64,000 nt of DNA, taken from positions 512,695-576,694 of the forward strand of contig CAVUHO010000003.1 in the NCBI GenBank assembly GCA_963741385.1. Reading direction: 5' to 3'. A model generated the notes under the pieces. That model worked only from the letters and a program-made list of their open reading frames with translations, was not told the origin of the DNA and searched no databases. This stretch comes from Candidatus Sulfomarinibacteraceae bacterium (GTDB lineage: Bacteria; Acidobacteriota; Thermoanaerobaculia; Thermoanaerobaculales; Sulfomarinibacteraceae). Position numbers and translations under genes: made by a program. Below, piece by piece: positions 1 through 14,814 of this stretch. Positions within the stretch are counted from its first letter, which is position 1. Each line of letters opens with the position of its first letter.

Positions 1-1041
1 GAGAGATGTCGGGACGAAGGGCGCGAAACCGAGCCCGATGACAACCGTGCCGGCGATGACGAGCAACCACAACAACCGGCGGTTCAGCGCGCCGCTCTTG
101 GGCCACAGGAGCGAACCGACGACGACCGCCAGTACCGCCGCCGCTCCCCCGAGAGCGAGGTACGACGTCTCGCCATCCAGCGTTTGCACACTTCGCCACC
201 AGCCGTCCGCCAGATGCCGGCGATATGCCAGGAGCATGCTCTGAACCATCGGCCGCCAGCCATCCCCGAGGGCGAGGATCGCCACGCCATGGCTCTGCAG
301 TGTCGTTTCATTGGGAAGCAGAGCCACCAAAACATGGTGGGCGGCGTTGTGGATCACGTTGAGAAAAGGCACGACAAGCCAGAGTGCACAGGTCCGCCAG
401 AACTCCCGACTGCGGACGCGGGCGATCCATAAGAGAAGCAGAGGAATCGCCAGGGCGGGCAGCAGAATCGCCTCGTTGGTCCAGAGGCTGATGGCCTGAG
501 CCGCCCACATCCCAACGAGGCAGGCCGGGCGGGGTTTGCGCCAGTATTCCAGGAGCAACAGGATTGCGACCAGCAGAAAGAAGGTCGCCCAGTGTCGGTC
601 GATCCCCTCGTCAAGGGTGATCAGCAGCGTACTGGCGGGATAGATGATCGACAGTGCAGCGGTCAGAACCGCAAAGCCGTCGTGGCCCCCGGGCAACCTC
701 CGCAGGATCGCGAAGAGCACCAGCCCCTTTCCCCAGAAGATCGAGATCAAGAGGATGTGGATGCTGATGAATGAATCGGGCGACATGAAATGAGCCAGGG
801 TCCACGGTACGAGGAGGAGAATTCGAGTTGGGTTCGAGACGAAGAGTCGCTCGCCGTTGCTGACCCAGTTCTTGAGAATCCAGCCGTCACCCTGCGGGTT
901 GCCGCCGATTCCGAACGGAACCCACAGAGCGACCGTGAGCAGTAACAGCAAGACCGCCGCCACTGCCGTCCGGACGTTTGCTGAGGTAATCGTCGCTGTG
1001 GTGTCGCGGCAAAGGGGAGCGCGGGTGAAACTGGTTGTCAT
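1..1041 (-). CDS. Polytopic membrane protein, possibly glycosyltransferase-like (partial, runs off window start)
   Basis: Read manually on the minus strand from ATG at 1041: MTTSFTRAP...VLLLLTVALWVPFG...VLFAILRRLPGGHDGFAVLT...HWATFFLLVAILLLLEYW. Many hydrophobic segments. Absent from the ORF track, consistent with no stop inside the window. Confidence 0.6.
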   Translation of the reverse strand, partial: MTTSFTRAPLCRDTTATITSANVRTAVAAVLLLLLTVALWVPFGIGGNPQGDGWILKNWVSNGERLFVSNPTRILLLVPWTLAHFMSPDSFISIHILLISIFWGKGLVLFAILRRLPGGHDGFAVLTAALSIIYPASTLLITLDEGIDRHWATFFLLVAILLLLEYWRKPRPACLVGMWAAQAISLWTNEAILLPALAIPLLLLWIARVRSREFWRTCALWLVVPFLNVIHNAAHHVLVALLPNETTLQSHGVAILALGDGWRPMVQSMLLAYRRHLADGWWRSVQTLDGETSYLALGGAAAVLAVVVGSLLWPKSGALNRRLLWLLVIAGTVVIGLGFAPFVPTSL

Positions 1042-1211
1042 CACAGAGTGCCAGCCTATCACCTGCGGGCGTGACGGGGGTTTGTATCAGATCCCTCTCC
1101 GGGCCTGCTCAAAAACGGTGATGAATTCACGGTCGTCCTCACTGCCGTAAATAATTGCACACTTGAACGTTAGTTCGTGCGGCAAACGTCACGGACCGAA
1201 TCTCGGATATC

Positions 1212-2738
1212 ATGCCTCAACGACTGGAGGCGGGTGTGGCGGAAGCGGGCCTCAAGGTCCTGATGGTGACGAGCGAGGTGGTTCCGTTCGCCAAGGCGGG
1301 CGGCCTCGGCGACATGGTGGGAGCGCTGTCGAGCGAACTTGCGCGCCAGGGCCACGACGTCCGGATCGTGCTGCCGCGCTATTACTCGGTCGACGTCGGG
1401 CGGCTGTTGCGAACGGGTGGACCGCTGGGGATACCGCTGGGTCTGCGCGAGGAGTGGGCGGCGGTGTACGTCAGCCGGCTTCCGGACGCCGACGTGCCGG
1501 TGTATTTCCTCGATCACCAGGAGCTGTACGGGCGCGACGGCATCTACGGTTCCAGGGCTGAACCAGCCTTCCAAGACAATCTCCGCCGCTTTGCGTTGCT
1601 GAGCCGTGGGGCGTTTCAGCTCTCTCTGAAGCTCGACTGGATTCCCGATGTCATGCACGTCCACGACTGGCCCGCCGCCATCATCCCGGCGTGTCTGTAT
1701 GGGCGTGAATCCGCAGGCCGGTTTGCCGCCACCGGATCATTATTGACCATCCACAATCTGGGGCATCAGGGTGTGTTCCCAAAGGGGGATTTCAAATACC
1801 TGCCGCTGGCCCCGGAGCTCTATGAAACCGCCGGCTTTGCGGACGGCGACAACCTCAACCTGCTGCAGGCGGGCCTGGTCAACGCCGACATCCTGACGAC
1901 GGTTTCCCCCACCTACGCCGACGAGATCCAGACGCCGGAGCTCGGCTGTGGTCTGGACGGGCTGCTGCGACGGCGCGAGCCTGATCTCTTCGGCGTGCTC
2001 AACGGCATGGACTACGAGGTCTGGGACCCCGAGACCGATCTGTACATTCCTGCCAACTACTCACACAAGAAACTGGGCGGCAAGGAAACCAACAAGGCGG
2101 CGTTGCAGGAGGCCGTGGGTTTCGAGGTGGACCCGGATGTCCCGGTGATTGCCATGGTCAGCCGGTTGGTGGAACAGAAGGGCTTCGGAGAGCTCTGTGG
2201 GCCGACCTACGGAAGCCTGTACTCGATCTGCACCGATCTCGAGCTGCAGTTCGTTATTCTCGGCACCGGCGAGCCGTGGTGCGAGGATGAGTTGAAGGTA
2301 TTGGCGGGGAAGCTCCCCAACCTCAGCGTCAACCTCGAATTCAACGACCCTCTGGCCCACCTGATCGAGGCGGGCGCTGATTTCTTCCTCATGCCCAGCG
2401 TTTACGAACCGTGCGGTCTCAGTCAGATGTACTCACTGCGCTACGGGACCCTGCCCATCGTCCGCCGGACCGGCGGGCTCGCAGACACTGTGGAGAACTA
2501 CGACCAGGACACTGGAGAGGGGACCGGTTTCGTCTTCGACCTCCTCACACCACGCGCCATCTACGACACGGTGGGGTGGGCGGTGTGGGCCTGGTACAAC
2601 CGGTTCGAACACATCGAGGCGATGCGCCGGCGCGCCATGAAGAAGAGGTTCTCGTGGGAGGAGTCCGGAAAGCGGTACGCCGATCTGTATCGGCAGGCTA
2701 TCGACCGCCGGCTCGGGAAAACCCCGCGGACCTGGTAG
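1212..2738 (+). CDS. glgA: Glycogen synthase (GT5)
   Basis: KAGGLGD ADP-glucose motif, HDW, TIHNLGHQG, EPCGLSQMYSLRYGT, RRTGGLADTV. True start may be GTG at 1236 (GGAG upstream). Confidence 0.95.
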   Translation: MPQRLEAGVAEAGLKVLMVTSEVVPFAKAGGLGDMVGALSSELARQGHDVRIVLPRYYSVDVGRLLRTGGPLGIPLGLREEWAAVYVSRLPDADVPVYFLDHQELYGRDGIYGSRAEPAFQDNLRRFALLSRGAFQLSLKLDWIPDVMHVHDWPAAIIPACLYGRESAGRFAATGSLLTIHNLGHQGVFPKGDFKYLPLAPELYETAGFADGDNLNLLQAGLVNADILTTVSPTYADEIQTPELGCGLDGLLRRREPDLFGVLNGMDYEVWDPETDLYIPANYSHKKLGGKETNKAALQEAVGFEVDPDVPVIAMVSRLVEQKGFGELCGPTYGSLYSICTDLELQFVILGTGEPWCEDELKVLAGKLPNLSVNLEFNDPLAHLIEAGADFFLMPSVYEPCGLSQMYSLRYGTLPIVRRTGGLADTVENYDQDTGEGTGFVFDLLTPRAIYDTVGWAVWAWYNRFEHIEAMRRRAMKKRFSWEESGKRYADLYRQAIDRRLGKTPRTW

Positions 2739-2760
2739 GACGCGGCCGCATTGCGGCCGC

Positions 2761-2997
2761 GAATTCGGAATTCGGAATTCGGAATGCCGGCTCTGTTCGC
2801 TCCCCAGCCGCGTGTGGCACGTATCCGAACGCGTTTCCCGGGAGGAGCCACCCGCAACATTGTTGGCTCGCATCGTCCTACCGGCGGCGGCACCCGGGCA
2901 CCCAACAATATTGCAAATGGCACCTCCGCCGCACGCGGACCTATCCGGCAGGGCGCTGACCCGAAATTCCGAATTCCGAATTCCGAATTCCTAATTC
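2761..2997. mobile_element. Heptamer-bounded intergenic element with family-A hairpin
   Basis: (GAATTCG)n at the left end, inverted (CCGAATT)n at the right end supplying the MCP stop codon. Internal GGAGGAGCCACC..AACATTGTTGG-35nt-CCAACAATATTG..TGGCACCTCC inverted repeat. Confidence 0.75.
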
Positions 2998-4577
2998 TCT
3001 TCGTAGCGGAACCTCGCGACCAACCGCTTGAGATCGTTGGCCATCACCGCCAGCTCCTGGGCGGCGTGCTGGGTCGCGGTGGCTCCGGTCGCCGTGTCCT
3101 GGGTGGCGGTGGCCACTCCGGCAATGGTGCTGGCGATGTCCGAGCTGCCCTTCGCCACCTCGCTCACGCTGCGGCCGATCTCGTTGGTGGTGGCGGTCTG
3201 TTCCTCCACCGCGCTGGCGATGGTGTTCTGGGTCTCATGGATCTGCCGGATGATCATCGCGATCTGTTTGATCGCGGCCACCGCACTGCGGGTGTCGCGT
3301 TGGATCGCCTCCACCCGCTTGCTGATTTCTTCGGTGGCCGAAGCGGTCTCCTTGGCAAGCTCCTTGACCTCGTTGGCCACCACCGCGAAGCCCCTGCCGG
3401 CTTCTCCAGCCCGCGCCGCTTCGATCGTTGCATTGAGCGCCAACAGATTTGTCTGCTCGGAGATCGACGTGATCACCTTCGTGACATCGCTGATTCGCGA
3501 ACTGCTCTCGTCGAGCTGCGCGATCGTCCCGGTCGTCGTTTCCGCCACCTGAACCGCCGTGGTCGCGACCTTTGCGGCCTCGTTGGCGCTCTGCGCGATC
3601 TCGCGGATGCTGGAGGTCATCTCTTCGATGCCGGTGGCGACGGTCTCGACGTTGCGGCTGACCTGTTCGGCGGAGGCAGACACAACAGTGGCCTGCGAAG
3701 AGGTCTCCTCGGCGCTCGCGGCCATCTGTTGGCTCACCCCCGTCATCTGTTCGGATGCGGCGTTCAGGGAGGAGGCGTTTTCGGCGATGGTTCTGATGGT
3801 ATCTCGCATGTGGCTGAAGGCCTTGTTGAGAGCCCGGCTGGTCTGGCCGACCTCGTCGTCACCACCGACGCTGATTCGCCGTGACAGATCGCCGTTGGCG
3901 ACCTGGCCCGCGATGTCGACGACCTCCGCCAGTGGTTTGACGATGGAGCGTGTCAGTGTGATGGACAGGGCGCCGAGCGCACACGCGACGACCAACAGAA
4001 CAAAAAACACTGAATTCCGGGCGCGTCGCTGGCTGGAACGGACTTTGGCGACGGCCTGGTTGGTCTCGAGGCGAGCGCTCTCCGCGAAGCGCTCAAGGCT
4101 GGCCTTGATTCCGAGGTAATCCTCTTGCATCCGTCCGAGCGCGGCAGAAAGCGCGTCGCCGGCCTCCTGCGCGATCAACCTCCGGGTGGTGTCGCGAGCG
4201 AGATCGTAGTAGTCGTTGAATGATGCAGCGAGGCCCTCGCGCTCAGCAGGGTCCATGGTGGGATTGTTGCGTTCGCTGTCGAGCCGTGCCGCGAACGACG
4301 CGCTGAGGTTGTCGGTTTCCGCGAGGATGCTCGGATCTGCAGCCAAGGCGGCATCCTGGAGACCTCGCTGGATCTGAGCGAGGGTCTCCACCAGGTCGCG
4401 CGACAGCTCGAGCTTGGGAATGTACCCGCTGTCGATCTGTTCCACCAGCCCTTCGGTGTGGCCGGCGCTCAATTGGACGGCGACAAAAATGACGATGATC
4501 CCCGCCGCCGCCAGCGCCGGCATCAGGAACACTTTGTGGGAGAACTTGAGTCGACTCAGCACGATCCACCCCCGCAC
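2991..4577 (-). CDS. Methyl-accepting chemotaxis protein
   Basis: Two TM helices, [38 protein letters not shown] signalling hairpin. Confidence 0.95.
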   Translation of the reverse strand: MRGWIVLSRLKFSHKVFLMPALAAAGIIVIFVAVQLSAGHTEGLVEQIDSGYIPKLELSRDLVETLAQIQRGLQDAALAADPSILAETDNLSASFAARLDSERNNPTMDPAEREGLAASFNDYYDLARDTTRRLIAQEAGDALSAALGRMQEDYLGIKASLERFAESARLETNQAVAKVRSSQRRARNSVFFVLLVVACALGALSITLTRSIVKPLAEVVDIAGQVANGDLSRRISVGGDDEVGQTSRALNKAFSHMRDTIRTIAENASSLNAASEQMTGVSQQMAASAEETSSQATVVSASAEQVSRNVETVATGIEEMTSSIREIAQSANEAAKVATTAVQVAETTTGTIAQLDESSSRISDVTKVITSISEQTNLLALNATIEAARAGEAGRGFAVVANEVKELAKETASATEEISKRVEAIQRDTRSAVAAIKQIAMIIRQIHETQNTIASAVEEQTATTNEIGRSVSEVAKGSSDIASTIAGVATATQDTATGATATQHAAQELAVMANDLKRLVARFRYEEN

Positions 4578-4614
4578 GGAAAGTCCACGCCGCTATCTTG
4601 GAACGTGGCGGAGT

Positions 4615-5058
4615 TCACCGGACTGTGACCTCGAGCACCTTGACGCCGGCGCCGAGCGACGCAGTGGACGACACGTAGCCGACGGCGCCTGGGTTGGCCC
4701 GGACGAAGGCGAGAACTTCGTCGTCAGAGGCCTTTTCCGGTGGCGGTACGCCGCGGCCGGAGAATATCTGGCGCTGCCAGTAGCTTTTCACCGCGTTGAC
4801 GTCTCGATCGTGAACCGTTGTTGAAAACTCGATCCGGACGGGAGAGTTCGCCGAAAGATCCACCGGCGTTATGGTCTCGCCGTTGATCCAGGTGTTGGTC
4901 TGTTTCATGAAACACCGCGACAGCTGTTCCTTGCTGATCGAGGTTGTGGTGTTCGACGCGTTGACCACAACTTTGAATCCCGGCTCGGCCGCCGTGGCCG
5001 GCATGACGGTTGCCGCCATCGCGATAGCGACCGCCACGAACTGAGTTGAAATCCGCAT
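4615..5058 (-). CDS. Small exported PBP-like (phosphate-ABC substrate-binding-like) protein
   Basis: Signal peptide from MRISTQF; VVVNASN...YWQRQIFSGRGVPP...VRANPGAVGYV, typical of the small PBP-like family found between porin and MCP genes. Confidence 0.75.
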   Translation of the reverse strand: MRISTQFVAVAIAMAATVMPATAAEPGFKVVVNASNTTTSISKEQLSRCFMKQTNTWINGETITPVDLSANSPVRIEFSTTVHDRDVNAVKSYWQRQIFSGRGVPPPEKASDDEVLAFVRANPGAVGYVSSTASLGAGVKVLEVTVR

Positions 5059-5072
5059 GGTAATGCCCTCAC

Positions 5073-6233
5073 TCAAAAACTGAACTGCGCGCCGATTTGA
5101 TACAGGTTCGTCGAGTCGTCGATGCCCTCGAAGATCTGCCAGAAACTCGCCCATTCCGGAGCGGCAAATCTATTTCCTTCCACTTTATGGTACTCGGTCT
5201 TGATCACCAGGTTCGGACTGAACCAGTAGTTCACGGCGAAACCGAGGTCTTTGTGGAGGTTCAAGCTTTCGAATGCCGGGCCGTAGTCGAACCCTGCGCC
5301 AAAGCTGTTGTCCTGCCAATCGTAACGCCCGGCCAACTGCCAGTGTGAGGTCAGCTTGTAGGCGGCTTCGAGGTAGGCTCCGTCGCTGGTGATCTCGGCG
5401 CCGTCGATCGACGAGCTGCCTTTGGCCACCGTCACCCATTCGCTGCGCACCCACCACACATCATTGTTGAACTCGGCCTGGAGGCCCACAATGGTGCGGC
5501 GTCCCTCCATGACGAAGCCTTCGCCAACGGCCTCGAAACCCTGGGGCATGCCGCTGTAAAACGACAGACCGAAAGCCAACCCGTTGACCGGCGTGCCGAA
5601 CACGACGCGTCCGCCGAAGACTTCGGAGAGATCGACGGTCAGGTCCCGGTCGACCGGCATTCCGGTCTGCCAGTCGAAGTTCATCACCCAATGACCCATC
5701 GGCGTCTTGAGTTGCCCGATGTAGAAATCGTAGGCGATGGACCAGTTCGAATTGGTGAAATACTCGCCGGTGAGTCCGCCACCGAGATAGGACTCGGCGA
5801 CAAAGCCCGACGGCCCGTAGACCCCCTGCGGCAGCGCCAGGAACGGACGCAACGTCCCGACGTCGTAGATTTCGGTGTAGATTCCGAAGGGCTGTTGGAC
5901 CTGCCCGATACGGAGAAACAGCGAGTTCGAGAGTCGCCACTGCGCAAAGACGTAGTCGAGGTCGGTGACGGATTCGGACCCTTCCATCACCCACTCGGCC
6001 TGGGCGGCGATCATCAGTCGCTCACCCAGTGTCGCGTTCAGGTTGAGGGAGAAGTTGACATTGTCATACCTCCCGTCTTCCGTCCCGTACTGGTAGGCGT
6101 TGCCGCCGGTCTGTCCAAAGCCCCAGCCGGCGAAGCCGTGGACCTGGATGCTGTCGGTCACCTGTTGGCCGACCGCGGGCCCTGCCGCCACCGCAAGAAC
6201 GATCGCTGCCAGGATCATGATTCGTGCTCTCAT
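5073..6233 (-). CDS. Outer-membrane beta-barrel porin-like protein
   Basis: Signal peptide, alternating beta-strand pattern, C-terminal aromatic strand (YQIGAQFSF). Confidence 0.8.
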   Translation of the reverse strand: MRARIMILAAIVLAVAAGPAVGQQVTDSIQVHGFAGWGFGQTGGNAYQYGTEDGRYDNVNFSLNLNATLGERLMIAAQAEWVMEGSESVTDLDYVFAQWRLSNSLFLRIGQVQQPFGIYTEIYDVGTLRPFLALPQGVYGPSGFVAESYLGGGLTGEYFTNSNWSIAYDFYIGQLKTPMGHWVMNFDWQTGMPVDRDLTVDLSEVFGGRVVFGTPVNGLAFGLSFYSGMPQGFEAVGEGFVMEGRRTIVGLQAEFNNDVWWVRSEWVTVAKGSSSIDGAEITSDGAYLEAAYKLTSHWQLAGRYDWQDNSFGAGFDYGPAFESLNLHKDLGFAVNYWFSPNLVIKTEYHKVEGNRFAAPEWASFWQIFEGIDDSTNLYQIGAQFSF

Positions 6234-6298
6234 ACTTTGCTCCTTCCCGGTTCACGGGACGGCCCGATCACGGAACCGCTTCCCGGGACACGCTGCAG

Positions 6299-6315
6299 TG
6301 CAAGGGAGGTGCCAA
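6299..6315 (-). promoter_or_regulatory. Sigma54 (-24/-12) promoter of porin-PBP-MCP operon
   Basis: Minus strand TTGGCAC-CTCCC-TTGCA matches TGGCAC-N5-TTGC, about 65 bp upstream of the porin ATG. Confidence 0.75.
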
Positions 6316-6420
6316 ATCTGAGCTGAGGTTTGAGACGCAGTTCTCCCCGAAGTTGTACCAATATGAGAATGCTTCCTGTTCCTGGGCCCGGCGGGACGCC
6401 TGCAGGTTAGAATTCAGATC

Positions 6421-6912
6421 ATGCAACAGAGACGGATGAAGGTGGCTTTGCTCGTTATCGTCGTGGGAGCCGGCGGGCTCTGGCTACGCCACTATTTCTC
6501 GCCCGGCGAGGCGGTCAAACGCAAGGTGCTGGCAACCGTCGAGGCGTTCGAGGAGGAGAGTATTCTCCGCGTCATGTCGGCGGTGTCCCGCGGCTACTCC
6601 GACCCGTGGGGTTTTGACTATGAGACCCTGGGTGGCAATCTCAATCACGTCATGAATGAATACGACGACCTCGAAGTCGATCTCGTGTTCGGCGAGGTGG
6701 CGGCCTCGGACGAGGAGGTGCGGGTCGGTCTGGAGTTTGTCGTCTCGGGGCGATACCAGGGCGCCAGGGAATACGTCGTCGGAAACGACGCCGAACCCTG
6801 CACGACAGTGGTGGTGTGGCGAAAGGAACAGCCCGGTTGGCGTCTGGCATCGACGGCCGACCTCGACATCCCCGAACTCAGAGAAGAGCTCGAGGCGCGC
6901 CGGCCGCGGTGA
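6421..6912 (+). CDS. Membrane-anchored NTF2/SnoaL-like hypothetical protein
   Basis: N-terminal TM, C-terminal ...VVWRKEQPGWRL strand pattern; TAGAAT -10 box 7 nt before the ATG. Confidence 0.65.
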   Translation: MQQRRMKVALLVIVVGAGGLWLRHYFSPGEAVKRKVLATVEAFEEESILRVMSAVSRGYSDPWGFDYETLGGNLNHVMNEYDDLEVDLVFGEVAASDEEVRVGLEFVVSGRYQGAREYVVGNDAEPCTTVVVWRKEQPGWRLASTADLDIPELREELEARRPR

Positions 6913-6959
6913 GCGCATTTCAGGATCATCTGGCGTGGATTGACTTTGCCCACGACGTT

Positions 6960-7258
6960 CCCGGGAGGAGCCACCCTCAACATTGTTGGCCCGATTCGTC
7001 GTGCTGACGAGGATATCCGTGATTCCAACAATGTTGAAAGTGGCACCTCCGCCGCACGCGGCACGTATCCGCACGGTTTTCCCGAGAGGAGCCACCTTCA
7101 CCATTGTTGGACCGAGACGTCTCTGCCGACGTGGATGATCGTGAATCCAACAATGGTGAAAATGGCACCTCCGCCGCAAGCGGCTCGTATCCGCACGCCC
7201 GGTCGGATTTTGCGATGAAATTCCTAATTCCTAATTCCTAATTCCTAATTCCTAATTC
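6960..7258. repeat. Two tandem family-A hairpin units plus (AATTCCT)n heptamer array
   Basis: Units at about 6962-7075 and 7083-7195 with 35- and 36-nt loops. The array at 7216-7258 supplies the ltaE TAG. Confidence 0.85.
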
Positions 7259-8298
7259 GCCCTCAGCACCTTCTCCGTCACCGCCACCGCCCGCTCAATG
7301 TCCTCATCCGTGATGTGGTAGTGCGTCACCATCCGGATACTTTCGCCGCCCAACGGGTGGCACAGGATGCCCTCTTCGGCGAGCCGGGCCGCGAGCCCTT
7401 TGGCATCCAGCGGTGAGCTGCCGGAGAGCGAAAAGAAGACGATATTCGTCTCGACCGTTGCAGGGTCGAGAACGACTGCGGGAAGGGCGGCCAGCCCGTC
7501 GGCCAGTCGCCGGGCGCGATGGTTGTCTTCGGCAAGCCTCGGGAGCATCTCGTCCAGGGCCACCAGACCCGCAGCCGCGAGGATGCCCGCCTGCCGCATC
7601 CCGCCGCCGAACATCTTGCGCACCCGGCGTGCTTCGGAAATGGTGTCGGTGTCGCCGACCAGCATCGAGCCGACCGGAGCCCCGAGCCCCTTGGAGAGGC
7701 AGAACATGACGGTGTCGCAGCCCGCCGCCAGGTCAGCGGCAGGGGTCCCCAGGGCGGCCGCCGCGTTGTGGATGCGGGCTCCGTCGAGGTGGAGGGGCAG
7801 CCCGTGCCGTTTCGCCACCGCAACCAACTCGGCCATTCGCCCGGGCGGCGTCACCCGGCCGCCGGCCAGGTTGTGGCTGTTTTCGAGTACCACCAGCGAG
7901 GTCGGCGTTCGATAGCCTGCCGGAGGCTGGATGGCCGCCTCGACCTGGCTGGGCGTGAGGATTCCGTCCGGAGTCTGGATCGGCCGCGGCAGGGTCCCGG
8001 AAAGCGCCGCCATCGCGCCCATTTCGAAGTTGAAGACGTGGGCGCCGGCTTCGGCCACGACCTCGGTGCCCGGGTGGGTGTGGACGTGAATCGCGATCTG
8101 ATTCCCCATCGTCCCGCTTGGAACGAACACCGCGGCCTCGCGGCCGAGCAGCTCGGCGGATCGTTCCTCGAGGCGGTTGATCGTGGGGTCTTCGCCATAG
8201 ACGTCATCGCCGACGTCGGCGGCGGCCATTGCCCGTCGCATGGCCTCTGTAGGTTGTGTTACCGTGTCCGATCGAAGGTCGATAGGTGTGTGTTGCAT
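7252..8298 (-). CDS. ltaE: Low-specificity L-threonine aldolase
   Basis: [44 protein letters not shown] (PLP lysine), GGGMRQAG. Confidence 0.95.
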   Translation of the reverse strand: MQHTPIDLRSDTVTQPTEAMRRAMAAADVGDDVYGEDPTINRLEERSAELLGREAAVFVPSGTMGNQIAIHVHTHPGTEVVAEAGAHVFNFEMGAMAALSGTLPRPIQTPDGILTPSQVEAAIQPPAGYRTPTSLVVLENSHNLAGGRVTPPGRMAELVAVAKRHGLPLHLDGARIHNAAAALGTPAADLAAGCDTVMFCLSKGLGAPVGSMLVGDTDTISEARRVRKMFGGGMRQAGILAAAGLVALDEMLPRLAEDNHRARRLADGLAALPAVVLDPATVETNIVFFSLSGSSPLDAKGLAARLAEEGILCHPLGGESIRMVTHYHITDEDIERAVAVTEKVLRAN

Positions 8299-8354
8299 CG
8301 AGGTATTCTACCTCGTCTCATCAACTTGACTTCTGATCCGTGCGAAGTTAGGAT
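8299..8354. promoter_or_regulatory. Divergent sigma70-type promoters (ltaE / act operon) with overlapping palindrome
   Basis: Plus strand TTGACT-17-TAGGAT just before the actA ATG. Minus strand TAGAAT 6 nt before the ltaE ATG, inside the palindrome CGAGGTA-TTC-TACCTCG. Confidence 0.6.
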
Positions 8355-8362
8355 TCGTTCTC

Positions 8363-9027
8363 ATGAATGAAGACAAGTCCAATCATATCTTCATTTTCCC
8401 TAAATGGACGTGGGTGTTGCGACCCGCCGTCGCCGTTGGCGCGGTGGGTGGGCTCATCTACGCGACGGTGGTCGTGGCCTTCGGTTTTTCGCCGGTGGCG
8501 ACCGACGTCGGCTATCAACCGGTGCAACCGGTGCCCTACAGCCACGCCCTCCACGTCGGACAGCTGGGAATGGACTGCCGCTACTGCCACACCGCCGTCG
8601 AACACACGGCCGCGGCGACCATTCCCCCGACCCAGACCTGCATGAACTGCCACAAGATGGTGCGCGCCAATTCCGAAAAGCTGATCCCGATCCTCGAAAG
8701 CTATTCCACCGGGATGCCGGTGGAGTGGATCCGGGTCCACGATCTGCCCGATTACGTCTATTTCAACCACAGCGCGCACGTGCGGCGCGGGGTCGGCTGC
8801 GTGTCGTGTCACGGCCGCATTGACACGATGGAGGTGGTGACCCAGGTCGAACCCCTGAGCATGGGATGGTGCCTGAACTGCCACCGCAACCCGGAGCCCC
8901 ACCTCCGGCCCAATGAGTTCGTCACCCAGCTCGACTGGGTGCCGATGGAGGACCAGGCGGTCCTCGGCCGCCGCCTCCGCGAGACCAACAACATCAACCC
9001 ACCGACGGATTGCAACACATGTCACCG

Positions 9028-9031
<4 letters not shown>
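8363..9031 (+). CDS. actA: Alternative complex III pentaheme cytochrome c subunit
   Basis: N-terminal TM, five CxxCH motifs (CRYCH, CMNCH, CVSCH, CLNCH, CNTCH), QPVPYSHALH. Confidence 0.93.
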
Positions 9032-12111
<3,080 letters not shown>

Positions 12112-12116
12112 AGATC

Positions 12117-13584
<1,468 letters not shown>

Positions 13585-13588
<4 letters not shown>

Positions 13589-14160
13589 CAGAAACAACCA
13601 ACACCGGAGCCACAGCCCCGGAGACCGGGCAACTTTACGGCTACATCGTGGAGTTCGACCGGGTGGATGAGCTTCTGGCAGGGGCGAGGGCCGTGCGCGA
13701 CGCCGGCTACACCCGGTGGGACGCCCACACGCCATTCGTGATCCACGGGCTCGATGCGGCCATGGGCGTCAAGAAGACCATCCTGCCATATATCGTATTT
13801 GCCGGCGGACTGACGGGAACCACCGCGGGCATTCTCCTCCAGTGGTGGACCAACGCCGTCAACTACCCGTTTCTCATCAGCGGCAAACCGCTCTTCAGCC
13901 TGCCGGCGAACATTCCGATCGCTTTCGAGACGACGATTCTGTTTGCCGCCCTCAGCGCCCTGGTCGGGATGCTGGCCCTCAACGGGCTGCCGCGTCTCTA
14001 CCACCCGCTGTTTCGGAGCCGGGCGTTCAAACGGGCCACCGATGACCATTTCTTCATATCCATCGAGGCCGAGGACCCCCTCTTCGACCCTTCTTCGACC
14101 CGTGAGTTGCTGGAGTCGATCTCGGGGCGGCCGGTCGAGGAAGTCGAGGACGTCGTATGA
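13585..14160 (+). CDS. actD: Alternative complex III ActD (DUF3341)
   Basis: [30 protein letters not shown]; position in the operon. Confidence 0.9.
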
Positions 14161-14804
14161 AACTCCCTCGCTGGCTGCTGTTTTCGGCTGGAATCCTGGT
14201 TGTACTGTCGTGGGTGCCGCTGGCGCTGATCATGCGCGCCCGCGTCACGACGTCGCCGGAACCGAGAATCCACATCGTCCCCGATATGGACAACCAGCCC
14301 AAGTTCAAGACCCAGCGCCGCAACCCGTTGTTTGCGGATCTCAGGGCCATGCGTCCTCCGGTGGAGGGCGCGGTCGCGCGCGGCGCGGTCATCGGCGACG
14401 AGGCGGTCATGACCGGCAAGGTGGGCGAGAACTGGGTGGTCGAGATTCCGGTGCCGGTTGACGAGAATGTACTCAACCGGGGCAGACAGCGGTATGACAT
14501 CTATTGTTCGCCGTGCCACGGTCTTGCGGGTTATGGCGACGGGATCGTTGGCAAAAGAGCCGATGCGCTCCAGGAGGGCACGTGGACGCCGCCGACGTCG
14601 TATCACACGGACCTCATCCGCAATCGCGAAGCGGGCCACCTGTTCAACACCATTTCGAATGGAATCCGCAACATGCCGGCCTACGGTCCGCAGATCCCGG
14701 TTGAGGATCGATGGGCCGTCGTTGCCTACGTGAGGGCGCTGCAGCGGAGCCAGAACGCCACGATCGACGACGTCCCCGAAGACATTCGGGCGCAGCTGCG
14801 ATAG
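14157..14804 (+). CDS. actE: Alternative complex III monoheme cytochrome c
   Basis: DMDNQPK, RPPVEGAVARG, YCSPCHG, ISNGIRNMPAYG, DRWAVVAYVRALQ. Confidence 0.9.
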   Translation: MKLPRWLLFSAGILVVLSWVPLALIMRARVTTSPEPRIHIVPDMDNQPKFKTQRRNPLFADLRAMRPPVEGAVARGAVIGDEAVMTGKVGENWVVEIPVPVDENVLNRGRQRYDIYCSPCHGLAGYGDGIVGKRADALQEGTWTPPTSYHTDLIRNREAGHLFNTISNGIRNMPAYGPQIPVEDRWAVVAYVRALQRSQNATIDDVPEDIRAQLR

Positions 14805-14814
14805 CGGGGGCCAC

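Noticed and set aside
2751-3884. ORFs containing [11 protein letters not shown] / NSEFGIR / FKIQNSK peptides (also 16057, 34423, 36969, 38684, 59147, 59512)
   Set aside because: These are translations of heptamer arrays or antisense shadows of real genes. True starts were reassigned downstream where applicable.
6960-7200. Family-A units as a mini-CRISPR
   Set aside because: The variable segments lie inside inverted arms, copies are dispersed, the loops are mutually related and there are no cas genes.
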